64,000 bases of DNA. Origin: Picochlorum sp. SENEW3. Its lineage: Eukaryota. Below the pieces are notes generated by a model. The model was not told the DNA's origin. It searched no databases and saw nothing but the letters and a program-made list of their open reading frames with translations. Below, piece after piece: positions 11,337-21,924 of the stretch. The DNA lies in assembly GCA_034226945.1 (NCBI GenBank), contig CP120463.1:558001-622000 (forward strand), given 5' to 3'. Numbering within the stretch: the stretch's first letter is position 1; every line of letters begins with the position of its first letter. Made by a program: the position numbers and the translations under genes.

Positions 11337-11662
11337 CAAGGCAGACTCTGGCGACAGCCACTCGCACTCCATCCATCGATGCGATCCACAGCCTTTTATC
11401 CTTCCCATCGCTCTTGATGTCTCACATTTCTATAATTGTAATATTTTTAGATAGGAGAGTACGTGTAGAACACGTAGATACGGCCGATCTTCTGTACTCG
11501 ACCTTTTGCTCACTGTCACTGCGTGCGTGAGTGAAAGTGGGTGACCGCCAGCAGCAGCAGGTTGTATTCAGTGCCCACTGGCAGAGCCACGAGCCGTCTG
11601 GACCGCTTTAGAGTGTCACTAGTCTTTGTTGATCTATAGAGATATAGTATAGAGCCATCATC

Positions 11663-12922
11663 ATGTCGGAATACTTTTCGATCGCTGCCCTACTGATTAT
11701 GTTCAGGGAGGCCCTGGAGGCCTCTGTCATCATTGCAGTACTCTTGCAGATGCTGAACAAGATGCAGATGACAAATCTCAAGCGATGGGTGTGGTTTGGA
11801 GCGCTACTAGGGGTGGCTATATCTGTCGTCATAGGTGTTATATTTGTGTTGGTATTTTACCTTGCCAATACCAAGCTCATGAGTTCAGAGGCATCGCTGA
11901 TATTCAAAGGCTGCATCTGTTGGCTGGCAGCCATTCTCATCACGGTGGTGGCATTCGCCATGCTCAAGTTTTACAATCTGGAGAGAAAATGGAAGAGGAA
12001 ACTTGAGTCTGAATTCTCTCGAGAAAAGGCGTCAAAGAATTACAAATGGTCAATGTTTTTGCTTGCCGGGTCAGCAACCTTGAGGGAGGGTATGGAGTCG
12101 GTCCTATTCCTGACTGGAACGTCAGCGGGACTTAGTGTGAAGAGTGTCATCATCCCGGGTATCGTTGGTATCATTGCTGGGTCTTTACTGGGAGTGATTG
12201 TCTATTACTCGGGTCATTCCATCAAGAGTCTGAAATGGTTCTTCATCGTGTCTGCCGGCTTGTTGATGTTCATCGCAGCTGGAATGGTCATCAATGGTAC
12301 AGCATTCTTTACTGGAGCTGGATTATTCGGTGTATTGTATCCATACGAATGGAGACCATGGTCAAATTTGATTGTCTGGGACGCCACCAGCTGCTGCAAC
12401 CCAGACACAAATCAGGGCTGGGCATTGTTACGAGCTCTGTTTGGATGGCAGGCAGCTCCTACGAATCTCTGCGTCTTATACTGGGGGCTGTACTGGGTTG
12501 TGACCATTCCTCTTCTGGCATGGAAGGCATACAATGGCACCCTTACAGACAAGGTTGAAGCAGGTATCGATGATTTCAAATCCTTTGCACGACACGGTGT
12601 GCAGGGTGACTTTGACTCATTCAAAAAGTCTGATGAAAGCTTGGGATTAGATACACAGCCTTCTGAGAAGGAGTCTACCATCAAGTCTGCTTCGGACATG
12701 GAGTCTGGGTCTGATAGCAGAGCTGGTTCAGAAGACAATGTTGGGGCAGAGCGATTGTCTACAGATGACAATAGCTCGTCGTCAGTAGACAAGAGTACAT
12801 CGACAAAGAAGGAAGAGAAAAAGTCATTCGTAGAAAACAGCAAGGCGTGGTGGCACAAGACGGTGGACTCTGTCTTCAAGAGACCAAAGGCACCCGCCTC
12901 TGCACCGCAGGAACCCAATTAG
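11663..12922 (+). CDS. FTR1: High-affinity iron permease, FTR1 family
   Basis: Two RExxE iron motifs (FREALEA, LREGMES), about 7 TM helices, LRALFGW segment, Ser/acidic cytosolic tail. Confidence 0.93.
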   Translation: MSEYFSIAALLIMFREALEASVIIAVLLQMLNKMQMTNLKRWVWFGALLGVAISVVIGVIFVLVFYLANTKLMSSEASLIFKGCICWLAAILITVVAFAMLKFYNLERKWKRKLESEFSREKASKNYKWSMFLLAGSATLREGMESVLFLTGTSAGLSVKSVIIPGIVGIIAGSLLGVIVYYSGHSIKSLKWFFIVSAGLLMFIAAGMVINGTAFFTGAGLFGVLYPYEWRPWSNLIVWDATSCCNPDTNQGWALLRALFGWQAAPTNLCVLYWGLYWVVTIPLLAWKAYNGTLTDKVEAGIDDFKSFARHGVQGDFDSFKKSDESLGLDTQPSEKESTIKSASDMESGSDSRAGSEDNVGAERLSTDDNSSSSVDKSTSTKKEEKKSFVENSKAWWHKTVDSVFKRPKAPASAPQEPN

Positions 12923-13685
12923 AATCTCTCATCCATCAATCAATACCCTGATTACTAGTTTATGTAATACCAAACATTGGTACATTAGGAGAACATATAC
13001 AGCCCTGACATTGCTGTGTGGTGTCTTTGTGAAAGCCTCGCTAACACTGATTCGAATCACCGAATTCGGTCGAATGCCACTTTCTACCGAACTGATTGCA
13101 GTCGAGGTGTATACACGCAATTGTAACAAGCATCCGCGCATGTATATCCCTGATCTCATGGCGTACTACTCTCATACATTTATTCACCAATGCTTCAAGG
13201 CATTGGTAATAGGAAAAGTCTCTCATACATGTTGGTGACTTTTGAGACAGATTCGAAAACGCACCGTCTCGTGAACTGATTCAGATATCTCGCTGAAGCA
13301 CGGTTTTACCACATTATTTGAGTGGAAAATATTAAAATACAGTATTATTACCCTGAGACAGGCTGTCCTGAGGGCCATTGTAGAGTTGTTTTGGTCACAT
13401 GAAGGTACGGGGGGTTGGGTTTCTTTGAGGAGACTGGGTCTGACGCACGTTGCCATAACGCCATGGGAATGTGTATTTAAAAATATAATATCTTTATATG
13501 GGTGGTTGGAATGCTCCAAGGGATGTTCCAGAAATTGCCTTTTCGACTCCCGCCAACGTTGGGAGTGGAGTTGGTTTGTTCCGCAAAGCCCTCGAGGGCA
13601 CCCTCAACACACCTGATGTGTGGAATAAAGTTTGTATTGGCATGTATGTATACCATGGACGTGCGCACTGATGGGATTTTTTGCA

Positions 13686-15605
13686 ATGCGTGATATGCAG
13701 TCTATGGGCTTGGTATCTGTTGTTGCTCTGGGAGGTGCACGTGGCATGCATGCACGCTCTTCTCAGAATCAGTTGCGTACCGTAGGTATAGTACGTAAGA
13801 AACCTACCACTGTTGGAAGAGGTGTTGTTGGGGTAAAAAGGGAATGTCGTCGCTTGGATTTTACCGGATTGAATTCAACATTGTTGGAGAGGAGGGTGGC
13901 TGTGAGGAGCCATGATGGGGACTCGGATGATTATGAGGTCGAGCAGTCGTACGATTCTGATGATTATGAAGATATGTATCTCTTGGAAAGCATGGCAGAG
14001 GCGCCGAGGAATGGTGTTGTGGATGAGGATGGCCAGGCATCGCCTTCATCTGGACAGCACAGTGGCACTGGAGACGCGACAGGGTTTTTTGCTATTGATG
14101 CTGATCGGCCTCAAGGCAAGAGGATCAAAGCACCTATATCAAAAGGTTTCAATCTTTTTCTTCTATTTGGAGCAGCCGTGGACCGGTTCGTATCCAGGAT
14201 TCAGTATGGCATTTTGGCATCGTTGAGATTTGCCTTGTCCTGCCTGAATGAGTCTCTCAAGCCATTGAGATCTCGTGTTTCGAGATTGGTAGCACGATTC
14301 CGGTTGAGTCCTGCAGGAAAGAAACTGAAGCACATCAAACATCAGACGGAAGAGATAAAAAAGGATCTGCCTGATGATACCTGGGGGAAACTGTTGTGGC
14401 TTTGGGATAGGCCTCCTGTGCAGAGGCTGCGTCTGACTATTAGTATGGCGAATCTGAGCTTTCGTCTGCCAGCTTTGGTAGCTTTGATAGTAACACAGGG
14501 AAGTCTACTCGCGAGTCAGGTATCTCTTCCAATGTTGGCACCATTGCTTTTGGGTACTGGTATGATGATGAGGTCCATCAAGTCCAATGCTTCTTTTCTG
14601 TTCCCTCGAATCGGGCTCTTGGTTGTGTTGCTCTGGATTCTCTGGTTTACAAACTCTGTCATTCAAAATACTGTACAATACTTGAAGAAACAAAAGGCAA
14701 TAGATGACAGATTAGCAGGTGGTATCATCACCATCACAGAAGTATCAACCTTGCTTGTTGCCATGGTAGTTTTGTTGTCCATGATTGGTGTGAATGTATC
14801 AGCGTTATTGCTACCAGCTGGAATTGCCGTCGCAGTTGCTGCAAAGGATTTATCGCACAACTTTTTGGCTGGATTTTTCTTGTTTGTTGTCCAACCATTC
14901 AAGCTTGGTGATAGAGTTGCTGTCTCTTCTTCTGCACCATCACAAGGACCAGGTGCCATGGGAGCACCCCCTGGTTGGTTTGAAGGGATATGCGAAAAGG
15001 TTGATTTACGGTACACTGTGGTTCGTCAGGGGAGAAGGAAATTGATGATACCAAACTCTGCCTTTCTCACACGGGAATTCATGGTGTTGGATGATATGAC
15101 TTCCTCCGATCCAAAGTCGAATAATGGTTCCAATGAACAAATGGAGTTTTTGACGAACGATAATCGTCATGTATGGCAATATATGAACGGGCCTCCGTTC
15201 CACCAAGAGCTGGCGCAGCAGCAACCAATGTCTCCACAGCCACAACCTCAGCCACAGCCACAGCAACCACCACCACCACAGCAACAGCAACCGCAACCGC
15301 GAGCAAATCAGGGAGATCCCTCTGCAAGAGAGTTATTCTATGGCAGAGATCAACCACATTATGTGAATTCAAATCAGATACCATATGACACATCGTATTA
15401 TCCTCAATCAGCACCACAAACTCCAGTGCATCCTCATAATGCACCAATTGAGGGACAAAACAAGGGTGCCATGGGGTCAGGTGGTGCTGTACAGAATTTC
15501 CAGGCCTATCAAGCGCCAGAAATGTATAGGAGACCTTACAGCAACCCACAAACATCTCCTCCATATGGATATTGGAATCCTCAGGACAGAAAACCAACAA
15601 ACTGA
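13686..15605 (+). CDS. MscS-like mechanosensitive channel, probably plastid-targeted, with Q/P-rich tail
   Basis: AVAAKDLSHNFLAGFFLFVVQPFKLGDRV, G.CEKVDLRYT and IPNS motifs of the MscS domain; transit-like N-terminus. The start codon is uncertain. Confidence 0.85.
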   Translation: MRDMQSMGLVSVVALGGARGMHARSSQNQLRTVGIVRKKPTTVGRGVVGVKRECRRLDFTGLNSTLLERRVAVRSHDGDSDDYEVEQSYDSDDYEDMYLLESMAEAPRNGVVDEDGQASPSSGQHSGTGDATGFFAIDADRPQGKRIKAPISKGFNLFLLFGAAVDRFVSRIQYGILASLRFALSCLNESLKPLRSRVSRLVARFRLSPAGKKLKHIKHQTEEIKKDLPDDTWGKLLWLWDRPPVQRLRLTISMANLSFRLPALVALIVTQGSLLASQVSLPMLAPLLLGTGMMMRSIKSNASFLFPRIGLLVVLLWILWFTNSVIQNTVQYLKKQKAIDDRLAGGIITITEVSTLLVAMVVLLSMIGVNVSALLLPAGIAVAVAAKDLSHNFLAGFFLFVVQPFKLGDRVAVSSSAPSQGPGAMGAPPGWFEGICEKVDLRYTVVRQGRRKLMIPNSAFLTREFMVLDDMTSSDPKSNNGSNEQMEFLTNDNRHVWQYMNGPPFHQELAQQQPMSPQPQPQPQPQQPPPPQQQQPQPRANQGDPSARELFYGRDQPHYVNSNQIPYDTSYYPQSAPQTPVHPHNAPIEGQNKGAMGSGGAVQNFQAYQAPEMYRRPYSNPQTSPPYGYWNPQDRKPTN

Positions 15606-15662
15606 CATTTTGCTTGACAATAATTATTCTGATTACACATTTGTTTGTTTCTCAATATAATA

Positions 15663-16934
15663 TCATGGTTCTTTCTCAACTTTGACGACAGTGTTGTCTA
15701 TTTTTGACTCGGTTTTGACAGCTTTGATCATGCCGTATTCCATGAGACCGTCGAAAAATGCTCTATGCATACGCTCCAAGGTGACAATTTCTCTCATCAC
15801 CTTGTACCATGCCAAGGGACCCTTGAAAATGACAATCCAAGGATCCCATACTCCAACCCAAATTGAATGCCTCCACGAATCAATAGTAGGGGCTGTCCAA
15901 TCAGAAATCACAATATCATCAAGCTGCCCAGTGGATTGGCAAATTCTACCGTATTCCTCTTTGCTAACAAAGTATGGATGTGCCCACTCATCGTACAAAA
16001 ACTGCAATCTATCCTTATCCTCCTCACTTAATGGGTTGTCCTCCGTCTCATCACGTTGACACCACGTTGCAATAGCGAGCGTGCCACCGGGCTTGAGGAC
16101 ACGCATCATCTCCTCCACATAGGCCTTCTTGTCAGGCATGTGCTCACCAGATTCACATGCCCACACAAAATCAAAGCTATTATCAGGATAGTCCATAGCA
16201 AGAGCATCCATTACTTTGAACTCTACATTATTGATGTTTCTTTCTTTGGCAAGCTCGGTACCCCTCTTGACCTGGTTTCTAGACAAGGTGATGCCAGTGA
16301 TTTGTGCATTGGGAAAATACTTTGCCAAATGCCTTGAAGTGCCCCCAATGCCACATCCAACATCAAGGATTGTCTTTGGATCCTTGCAACCACTCCATTC
16401 CAACATTTTATCAATAAAAGTGTATTTAGCCTCGATGAAATCTCTCTTTTTGTATCCAGCCTCCCTCTCTGCTTTTGTGTAATATCCCAGGTGAATATGT
16501 TCACCCCAATAATACTCCAAAATGCCATCCTCGGTCCAAGAGTCATACTCATCTCCTACATTTTGATCATACGTACGAGACGGAGTATCGAACGTCTTCT
16601 TGACCGCATACCCCCCGAGAACCAGTCCTCCCAGAATGAGGGACAAAGTAGGCAAGGACAGTCCACCCACTTGAACGTCGTTATTATTCACTACTGGGGC
16701 TGCTTCCCCGATCTCAGCCATACAGTTATCATGGTATGTCATTGTTTCAATGGTAGATGTCACACATTCCGCATGGAATGTATCTCCGACAACTGCTGTG
16801 GCCTGTATACCTCTTGACGACAGAAAGCCACGCCCTCCAGCCACATGTGCATTGGGAGGGGAACACCCCGCATTGCGCCTTGATTGAATTCCAGTAAATT
16901 TTCCCGGTGCGATCTTGTAATTGGAGGCCAGCAT
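15663..16934 (-). CDS. MPBQ/MSBQ methyltransferase (cyanobacterial type; tocopherol/plastoquinone synthesis)
   Basis: EYDSWTEDGILEYYWGEHIHLGYY, LDVGCGIGG SAM motif, WACESGEHMPDK, ATWCQRD; transit peptide and a TM helix. Confidence 0.85.
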   Translation of the reverse strand: MLASNYKIAPGKFTGIQSRRNAGCSPPNAHVAGGRGFLSSRGIQATAVVGDTFHAECVTSTIETMTYHDNCMAEIGEAAPVVNNNDVQVGGLSLPTLSLILGGLVLGGYAVKKTFDTPSRTYDQNVGDEYDSWTEDGILEYYWGEHIHLGYYTKAEREAGYKKRDFIEAKYTFIDKMLEWSGCKDPKTILDVGCGIGGTSRHLAKYFPNAQITGITLSRNQVKRGTELAKERNINNVEFKVMDALAMDYPDNSFDFVWACESGEHMPDKKAYVEEMMRVLKPGGTLAIATWCQRDETEDNPLSEEDKDRLQFLYDEWAHPYFVSKEEYGRICQSTGQLDDIVISDWTAPTIDSWRHSIWVGVWDPWIVIFKGPLAWYKVMREIVTLERMHRAFFDGLMEYGMIKAVKTESKIDNTVVKVEKEP

Positions 16935-17069
16935 CGTGTATCTGATACGCACAGGTGAAGTTGCCTTGAGTGGAACCACACAGAGTTGTGGCTGCAGAAT
17001 TCGATTGGATTCTCCCGAATCAAACACAAATAAATGAATATATTTCAGACGTTTACAATGGGAGATATT

Positions 17070-18359
17070 TCAGTCTTTCTTTCGGAGGGAAAATCCTTGT
17101 GATGGTGGCATCGAGTCTTCCTGTGTCAGAGAGTGCCCATTATTATTGTTCTTGTCTTCGTTCACTTGCGTCGGCTCGCTTGCATCCGCAGTCTTCACCA
17201 CAGCCGTGGCATCTGCCTTGATGATATTCTTGTAAATGTTCATCGCCTGTGCCACCATCGAGGCCGGATCATGTCCAGAGGATGGCAACAACATGGTTGT
17301 GCTTTCCTTTGCCACCTTGCCAAATGCATCAAGATACTGCTCAGCCACCCTCAGAGAGACAGCTTCAGATCCCCCAGTCGACCGAATACTCTCTGCTAAC
17401 TCTCGAATACCTCTTGCAGTTGCCTCCGACTTTCTAAAAATAGCCTCTGCTTCCCCCTGAGCTCTGTTCACCTGATCCTCCCGAGATCCCTCAGATTCCA
17501 AAATCTGCGCCCTTTTCTTTCGCTCCGCCTCTGCTTGTAGCTCCATAGCTGTCCTAACTGCTGGAGGAGGAAGGATATCGCGAATCTCATATCGAAGAAC
17601 CTCAAGCCCCCATGCCGCTGCAGCCGGCTGAATGCTCGCAACAATTCCCTGATTCAAGGCATCACGCTCTGCAAACACAGCATCCAGCGAAATCTTCCCC
17701 AGCTCACTCCTCATTGTCGTTTGAGCCAACTGTGTCACAGCAAACATGGCATTCTCCACTCCATAACTAGCCAAGTAGGCATCCACAACCTTTACATACA
17801 ACACCCCATCAATCGTCAAACTCACATTATCCTTTGTGATCGCCGTCTGATTCGGAACGGGTATCGTTGTTTCCTTCAAACTATGAGCATACGCAATTCT
17901 ATCCACTACTGGGATCAACACATGAAGGCCTGGAGTCAATGTTCTACTATATTTCCCAAAACGCTCCACAACAAATGCAGTCTGTTGGGGCACAATCCTC
18001 AGAATCGTATTCGTTGGAGTGCTCCTTGGAGCAAATGGAGACTCTGGATCGTACAAGCTTGCAGCAAACGATCTCACACTCGACCCTGAGTAGGCACGAC
18101 GACCTTGAACCCCTGCCGGGTGAGTTGTCCGGGCCCTGCCTGCACCCGTTGATGTTACAAGAGGGCCACGACTACTACGCTGATCAGATGAATAAGGCGC
18201 AGATACATTAGATGTAATACTAGAAATCTGATTCAAATAGGATTTGGATGAAACATAGCTGGATGAAGAGGGTACCTCGAGCACTTGTGGACAGACACTC
18301 ATGGAGACCATCCCACACAAGTGCCTTCCCTTCCGCTGATCCCGGGATACCCTGAACAT
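17070..18359 (-). CDS. Stomatin-like protein 2 (SPFH/band 7), mitochondrial
   Basis: [42 protein letters not shown] Band_7_C motif. Confidence 0.92.
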   Translation of the reverse strand: MFRVSRDQRKGRHLCGMVSMSVCPQVLEVPSSSSYVSSKSYLNQISSITSNVSAPYSSDQRSSRGPLVTSTGAGRARTTHPAGVQGRRAYSGSSVRSFAASLYDPESPFAPRSTPTNTILRIVPQQTAFVVERFGKYSRTLTPGLHVLIPVVDRIAYAHSLKETTIPVPNQTAITKDNVSLTIDGVLYVKVVDAYLASYGVENAMFAVTQLAQTTMRSELGKISLDAVFAERDALNQGIVASIQPAAAAWGLEVLRYEIRDILPPPAVRTAMELQAEAERKKRAQILESEGSREDQVNRAQGEAEAIFRKSEATARGIRELAESIRSTGGSEAVSLRVAEQYLDAFGKVAKESTTMLLPSSGHDPASMVAQAMNIYKNIIKADATAVVKTADASEPTQVNEDKNNNNGHSLTQEDSMPPSQGFSLRKKD

Positions 18360-18548
18360 TGTAAATGGTATTCGTGTAATTTTTTTGATATATGTAGTGG
18401 TTTAGGTTTGACCCAGACTGTCCTGCATGAACACGCCGAGTTCTCTTTTTCTATCTAATTCAGTATTAAGGAAGGTCTCCATGCCGTATTCTTTTGTGGG
18501 CCATAGGCTGCGACAATTCCCCTGTTATACAATACTAAGCATATTATT

Positions 18549-20444
18549 ATGGCGATGATAAAGTCCAGGCATCCTGTAGGGGTGCTGTCGTGGTATCACG
18601 TCGTGTTGGTGCTGGGGATGTTGGTTGGATCAGCACTGGGTGGAAAACACAAATTCGAAAAGGATCAAAAGATTATTTTATGGGCTAATAAAGGTACGAA
18701 TTAAGTAATACGAGTGCTTGGATGGACTGAAGAGGCGAGGTTGAGTGCTGCAAGAATACGACTGGGGAACTACTCGAGTGGCGTGATTGTGCTTGCAGTT
18801 GGTCCATTTTCAAGTCCCACTGAGACGTACCAGTACTTTGATCTTCCATTTTGTCAGCCAAAGACAAAGGATAACAAGCCATTGACTCTGGGGGAGGTGG
18901 TTGATGGGAATAGAATGATTGCCACACAGTATGATGTTTCGTTTCGAGTGGACAAGGAGAAGATGTCATTGTGTAAGCGCAAGCTGTCTTCTGACGATTT
19001 GGCTGCGTTCCGCAAGGCTGTGTCTAAAGATTATTACTTTCAATTCGTGTTTGATGATCTCCCTGTGTGGGGGTATGTTGGAAAGACTGAGAAGGATGCC
19101 AATGGGAATATTCAGAAAATTCTGCTCTTTACCCATTTCAACTTTGACCTTGCCTACAACGACGACAGGGTGATTGAGATTAACATATCGACCGATCCAA
19201 CAAAGGTGGCGGATATTTCAGAAGGGGTGCAGGAAGCGAATGTAGAGTTCACCTACTCTGTTTCATGGAAGGAGACACATGTCAAATTCTCCCAGAGAAT
19301 GGACAAGTACAGAAAGTATCAATTCTTGAAGCATCATTTGGATATCCATTGGTTTTCCATCATCAACTCATTTGTGACAGTCATGTTGTTGACTGGATTC
19401 CTGGCCACTATTTTCATGAGAGTCTTGAAGAAGGACTTTCTCAAGTATGCTGTGGATGAGGAGGAGGTTGAGGATATGGAAGAGAGTGGATGGAAGTTTG
19501 TTCATGGGGATGTGTTCCGATTTCCTATCCACAAGTCATTATTCTGTGCATTTGCTGGAACTGGTTTGCAGGTTTTGGTGTTGACATTCTTCGTATTTGG
19601 TCTGGCATTGATAGGAACATTCTATCCATACAACAGAGGGGCCATGTTCACAGCCCTGATTGTTCTGTATGCGCTGACAGCTGGATGCGCTGGATACACG
19701 TCTGCGTCGTACTTTAAACAGATGGAGGGTAAGAAATGGGTGAGGAATCTGCTGCTGACTATTGGTGTGTTCTGTGGCCCATTGCTTGTTGTCTTTGCAT
19801 TCAACAACTCTGTTGCATGGGTGTATGGCTCAACAGCAGCACTTCCTGTTGGCACAATTATCATCATGATTCTCATCTGGCTCCTCGTATCTGCCCCATT
19901 GACAATCATCGGTGGTGTCTTGGGGAAAAATGCCAAGGTCGACTTTGCAGCGCCATGTAGAACAAACAAATACCCAAGGGAAATTCCAGATCTTCCTTGG
20001 TACAGGTCCACCATCCCGCAGGTGATCATGGCTGGATTCCTTCCATTTTCAGCCATTTATATTGAATTATACTACATCTTCGCCTCAATATGGAGCTTGA
20101 AAGTATACACGCTGTACTCTATTCTGTTCATCGTGTTTTGCATTCTTCTCGTCGTGACTGCATTTGTGACCATTGCATTGACCTACTTCCAGCTCACTGC
20201 GGAAGATCATCGTTGGTGGTGGAGATCATACATGTGTGGAGGGTCGACTGGTTTGTTCGTATATGGATACGCGATATACTACTTTTACGCCAAATCAGAT
20301 ATGAGTGGTTTCATGCAGACAGCATTCTACTTTGGTTACAACTTTATTGTATGCTATGCCTTGTTCCTGCTCCTTGGATTTGTAGGATGGAGAGCATCCC
20401 TTGCATTTGTTAGACGAATCTACAGAGCCATCAAGTGCGAATAA
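18549..20444 (+). CDS. Transmembrane 9 superfamily (EMP70/nonaspanin) protein; intron 18694..18798
   Basis: Signal peptide exon, ANK|VGPFSSPTETYQYFDLPFC, IHWFSIINS, GWKFVHGDVFR, C-terminal IYRAIKCE. Confidence 0.95.
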
Positions 20445-20544
20445 AACAATGTTTATTTTAGATTTATATATATAGAAGTATAGATGGATTGAGTCGTGTA
20501 ATCGTACACTGCCCTGGCAAATCAGTAGTATGTCTGTTTATTAT

Positions 20545-21630
20545 TTATCCATAACACCGGACAGGGTCTGTGCAGTTCTTTGCCGCACTCTGAGGTCTTC
20601 CAAACCTGCCACCCTTCTCCAAATACTGCTGATGATAGTCTTCCGCGGAATTATATTTGTCAACCATATCCACCTCTGTCACAATCTGTCCACTAAATTT
20701 GGGCTGCAGATCCTCAATCACACGCTCTGCAACCTGCTTCTGCTCCTCACTGGTGACATAGATGCCAGACCTATACTGCGTCCCGACATCATTCCCTTGA
20801 CGATCCAACGTCGTTGGATCATGAATATCAAAGAAACGAGTCACAAGATCCTCGAAGGAAATCGTACCCTCATCATACCTGACACGCACGACTTCATTAT
20901 GCCCAGTCTGACCAGAACACACATCCTCATACGTAACCCCATCCACATGACCATTGGAGTACCCCACTTCAGTATCAAGTACCCCTGGAACCCTTTGAAA
21001 CTTCAATTCCACTCCCCAGAAACATCCACCACCAAAGAAGGCCTCGTGAATCCGCTCCTTTGGAGACATGGACAACAACTCCACCTCATAGCCAACATCC
21101 CTTCCAGCCAAGGGATGATTGGCATCAATTGTAAAACTCTCGTCATCTTCCTCCGTCACCACAGCCGTCATACCATTCTGGAGGCCCACCTGTATCCCCA
21201 CCTTGACCCCCTCTGGCGCCTGACTCTTCTGCAGCTTGGCCATCATATTCGAAAGCCTCTCCCCATACGCCTTGTCCGGTGTCACCACAGCCTGCCGAAC
21301 GTCCCCAACCTTCATACCAACCACCAACTCTTCCAAACCCTTCACAACCTTTTCATCATCCACAATAAACTGGAGAGGCTTCTCCTCAGGAACTCGACTG
21401 TTCCTCACAACCACCTGCTCATCCCCTTGCTGCACTTGCTCCACATAATGCACCTCCACAGCATCCCCATGTTCCACCGCACGGCCATCCTGACAACGAC
21501 ATATATGTGTACTAGATGAATAATACGTGGACAGATGCATACGACGCCCAATACTGCGAGCAAGCCGTGGTGCTACAACCAGTCCACCAGGTCCCCTACC
21601 ACAACCAGTCATCATCCAATGCTGCATCAT
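20545..21630 (-). CDS. MSRA: FKBP-type (SlyD-like) PPIase fused to peptide methionine sulfoxide reductase A
   Basis: GDAVEVHY...GMKVGD...PDKAYG...IDANHPLAG (SlyD), then GGGCFWGVE, GHNEVV, GTQYRSGIY, AEDYHQQYLEK, CTDPVRCYG (MsrA). Confidence 0.9.
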   Translation of the reverse strand: MMQHWMMTGCGRGPGGLVVAPRLARSIGRRMHLSTYYSSSTHICRCQDGRAVEHGDAVEVHYVEQVQQGDEQVVVRNSRVPEEKPLQFIVDDEKVVKGLEELVVGMKVGDVRQAVVTPDKAYGERLSNMMAKLQKSQAPEGVKVGIQVGLQNGMTAVVTEEDDESFTIDANHPLAGRDVGYEVELLSMSPKERIHEAFFGGGCFWGVELKFQRVPGVLDTEVGYSNGHVDGVTYEDVCSGQTGHNEVVRVRYDEGTISFEDLVTRFFDIHDPTTLDRQGNDVGTQYRSGIYVTSEEQKQVAERVIEDLQPKFSGQIVTEVDMVDKYNSAEDYHQQYLEKGGRFGRPQSAAKNCTDPVRCYG

Positions 21631-21924
21631 CTCTCCGTCTATCCTTTCGTCGTAATATATATGAAGCGGTAGTCGATTGATATACTAATAATAATTCCTT
21701 GCTCAAAGGCCAGATTGGATTCAGTCATTCGAATGCAGAGATATCGATCAATGTTTTGAATTCCGAATGAAGGAAGGTTCCTGTTCCCAACAATCATTCC
21801 GTGGCATAGACAAGCTCCCAGGCTACTCGTCCAGTACTTGTTGGAAATATAGACACGAAGGAGCAGCGGTTGTAGTCATAGAGACACCCGAGTCAAAGTT
21901 TGTACACACAAACACACGGTAGCC

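Noticed and set aside
15663..16934. Cyanobacterial-type MPBQ methyltransferase as a recent horizontal transfer
   Set aside because: This type is known in green algae, and the transit peptide is consistent with endosymbiotic origin.
20530..21519. 329-aa plus-strand ORF
   Set aside because: Antisense shadow of FKBP-MsrA with no motifs and atypical composition. The same applies to the many other nested antisense ORFs in the track (e.g. 46402..47043, 49234..49974).
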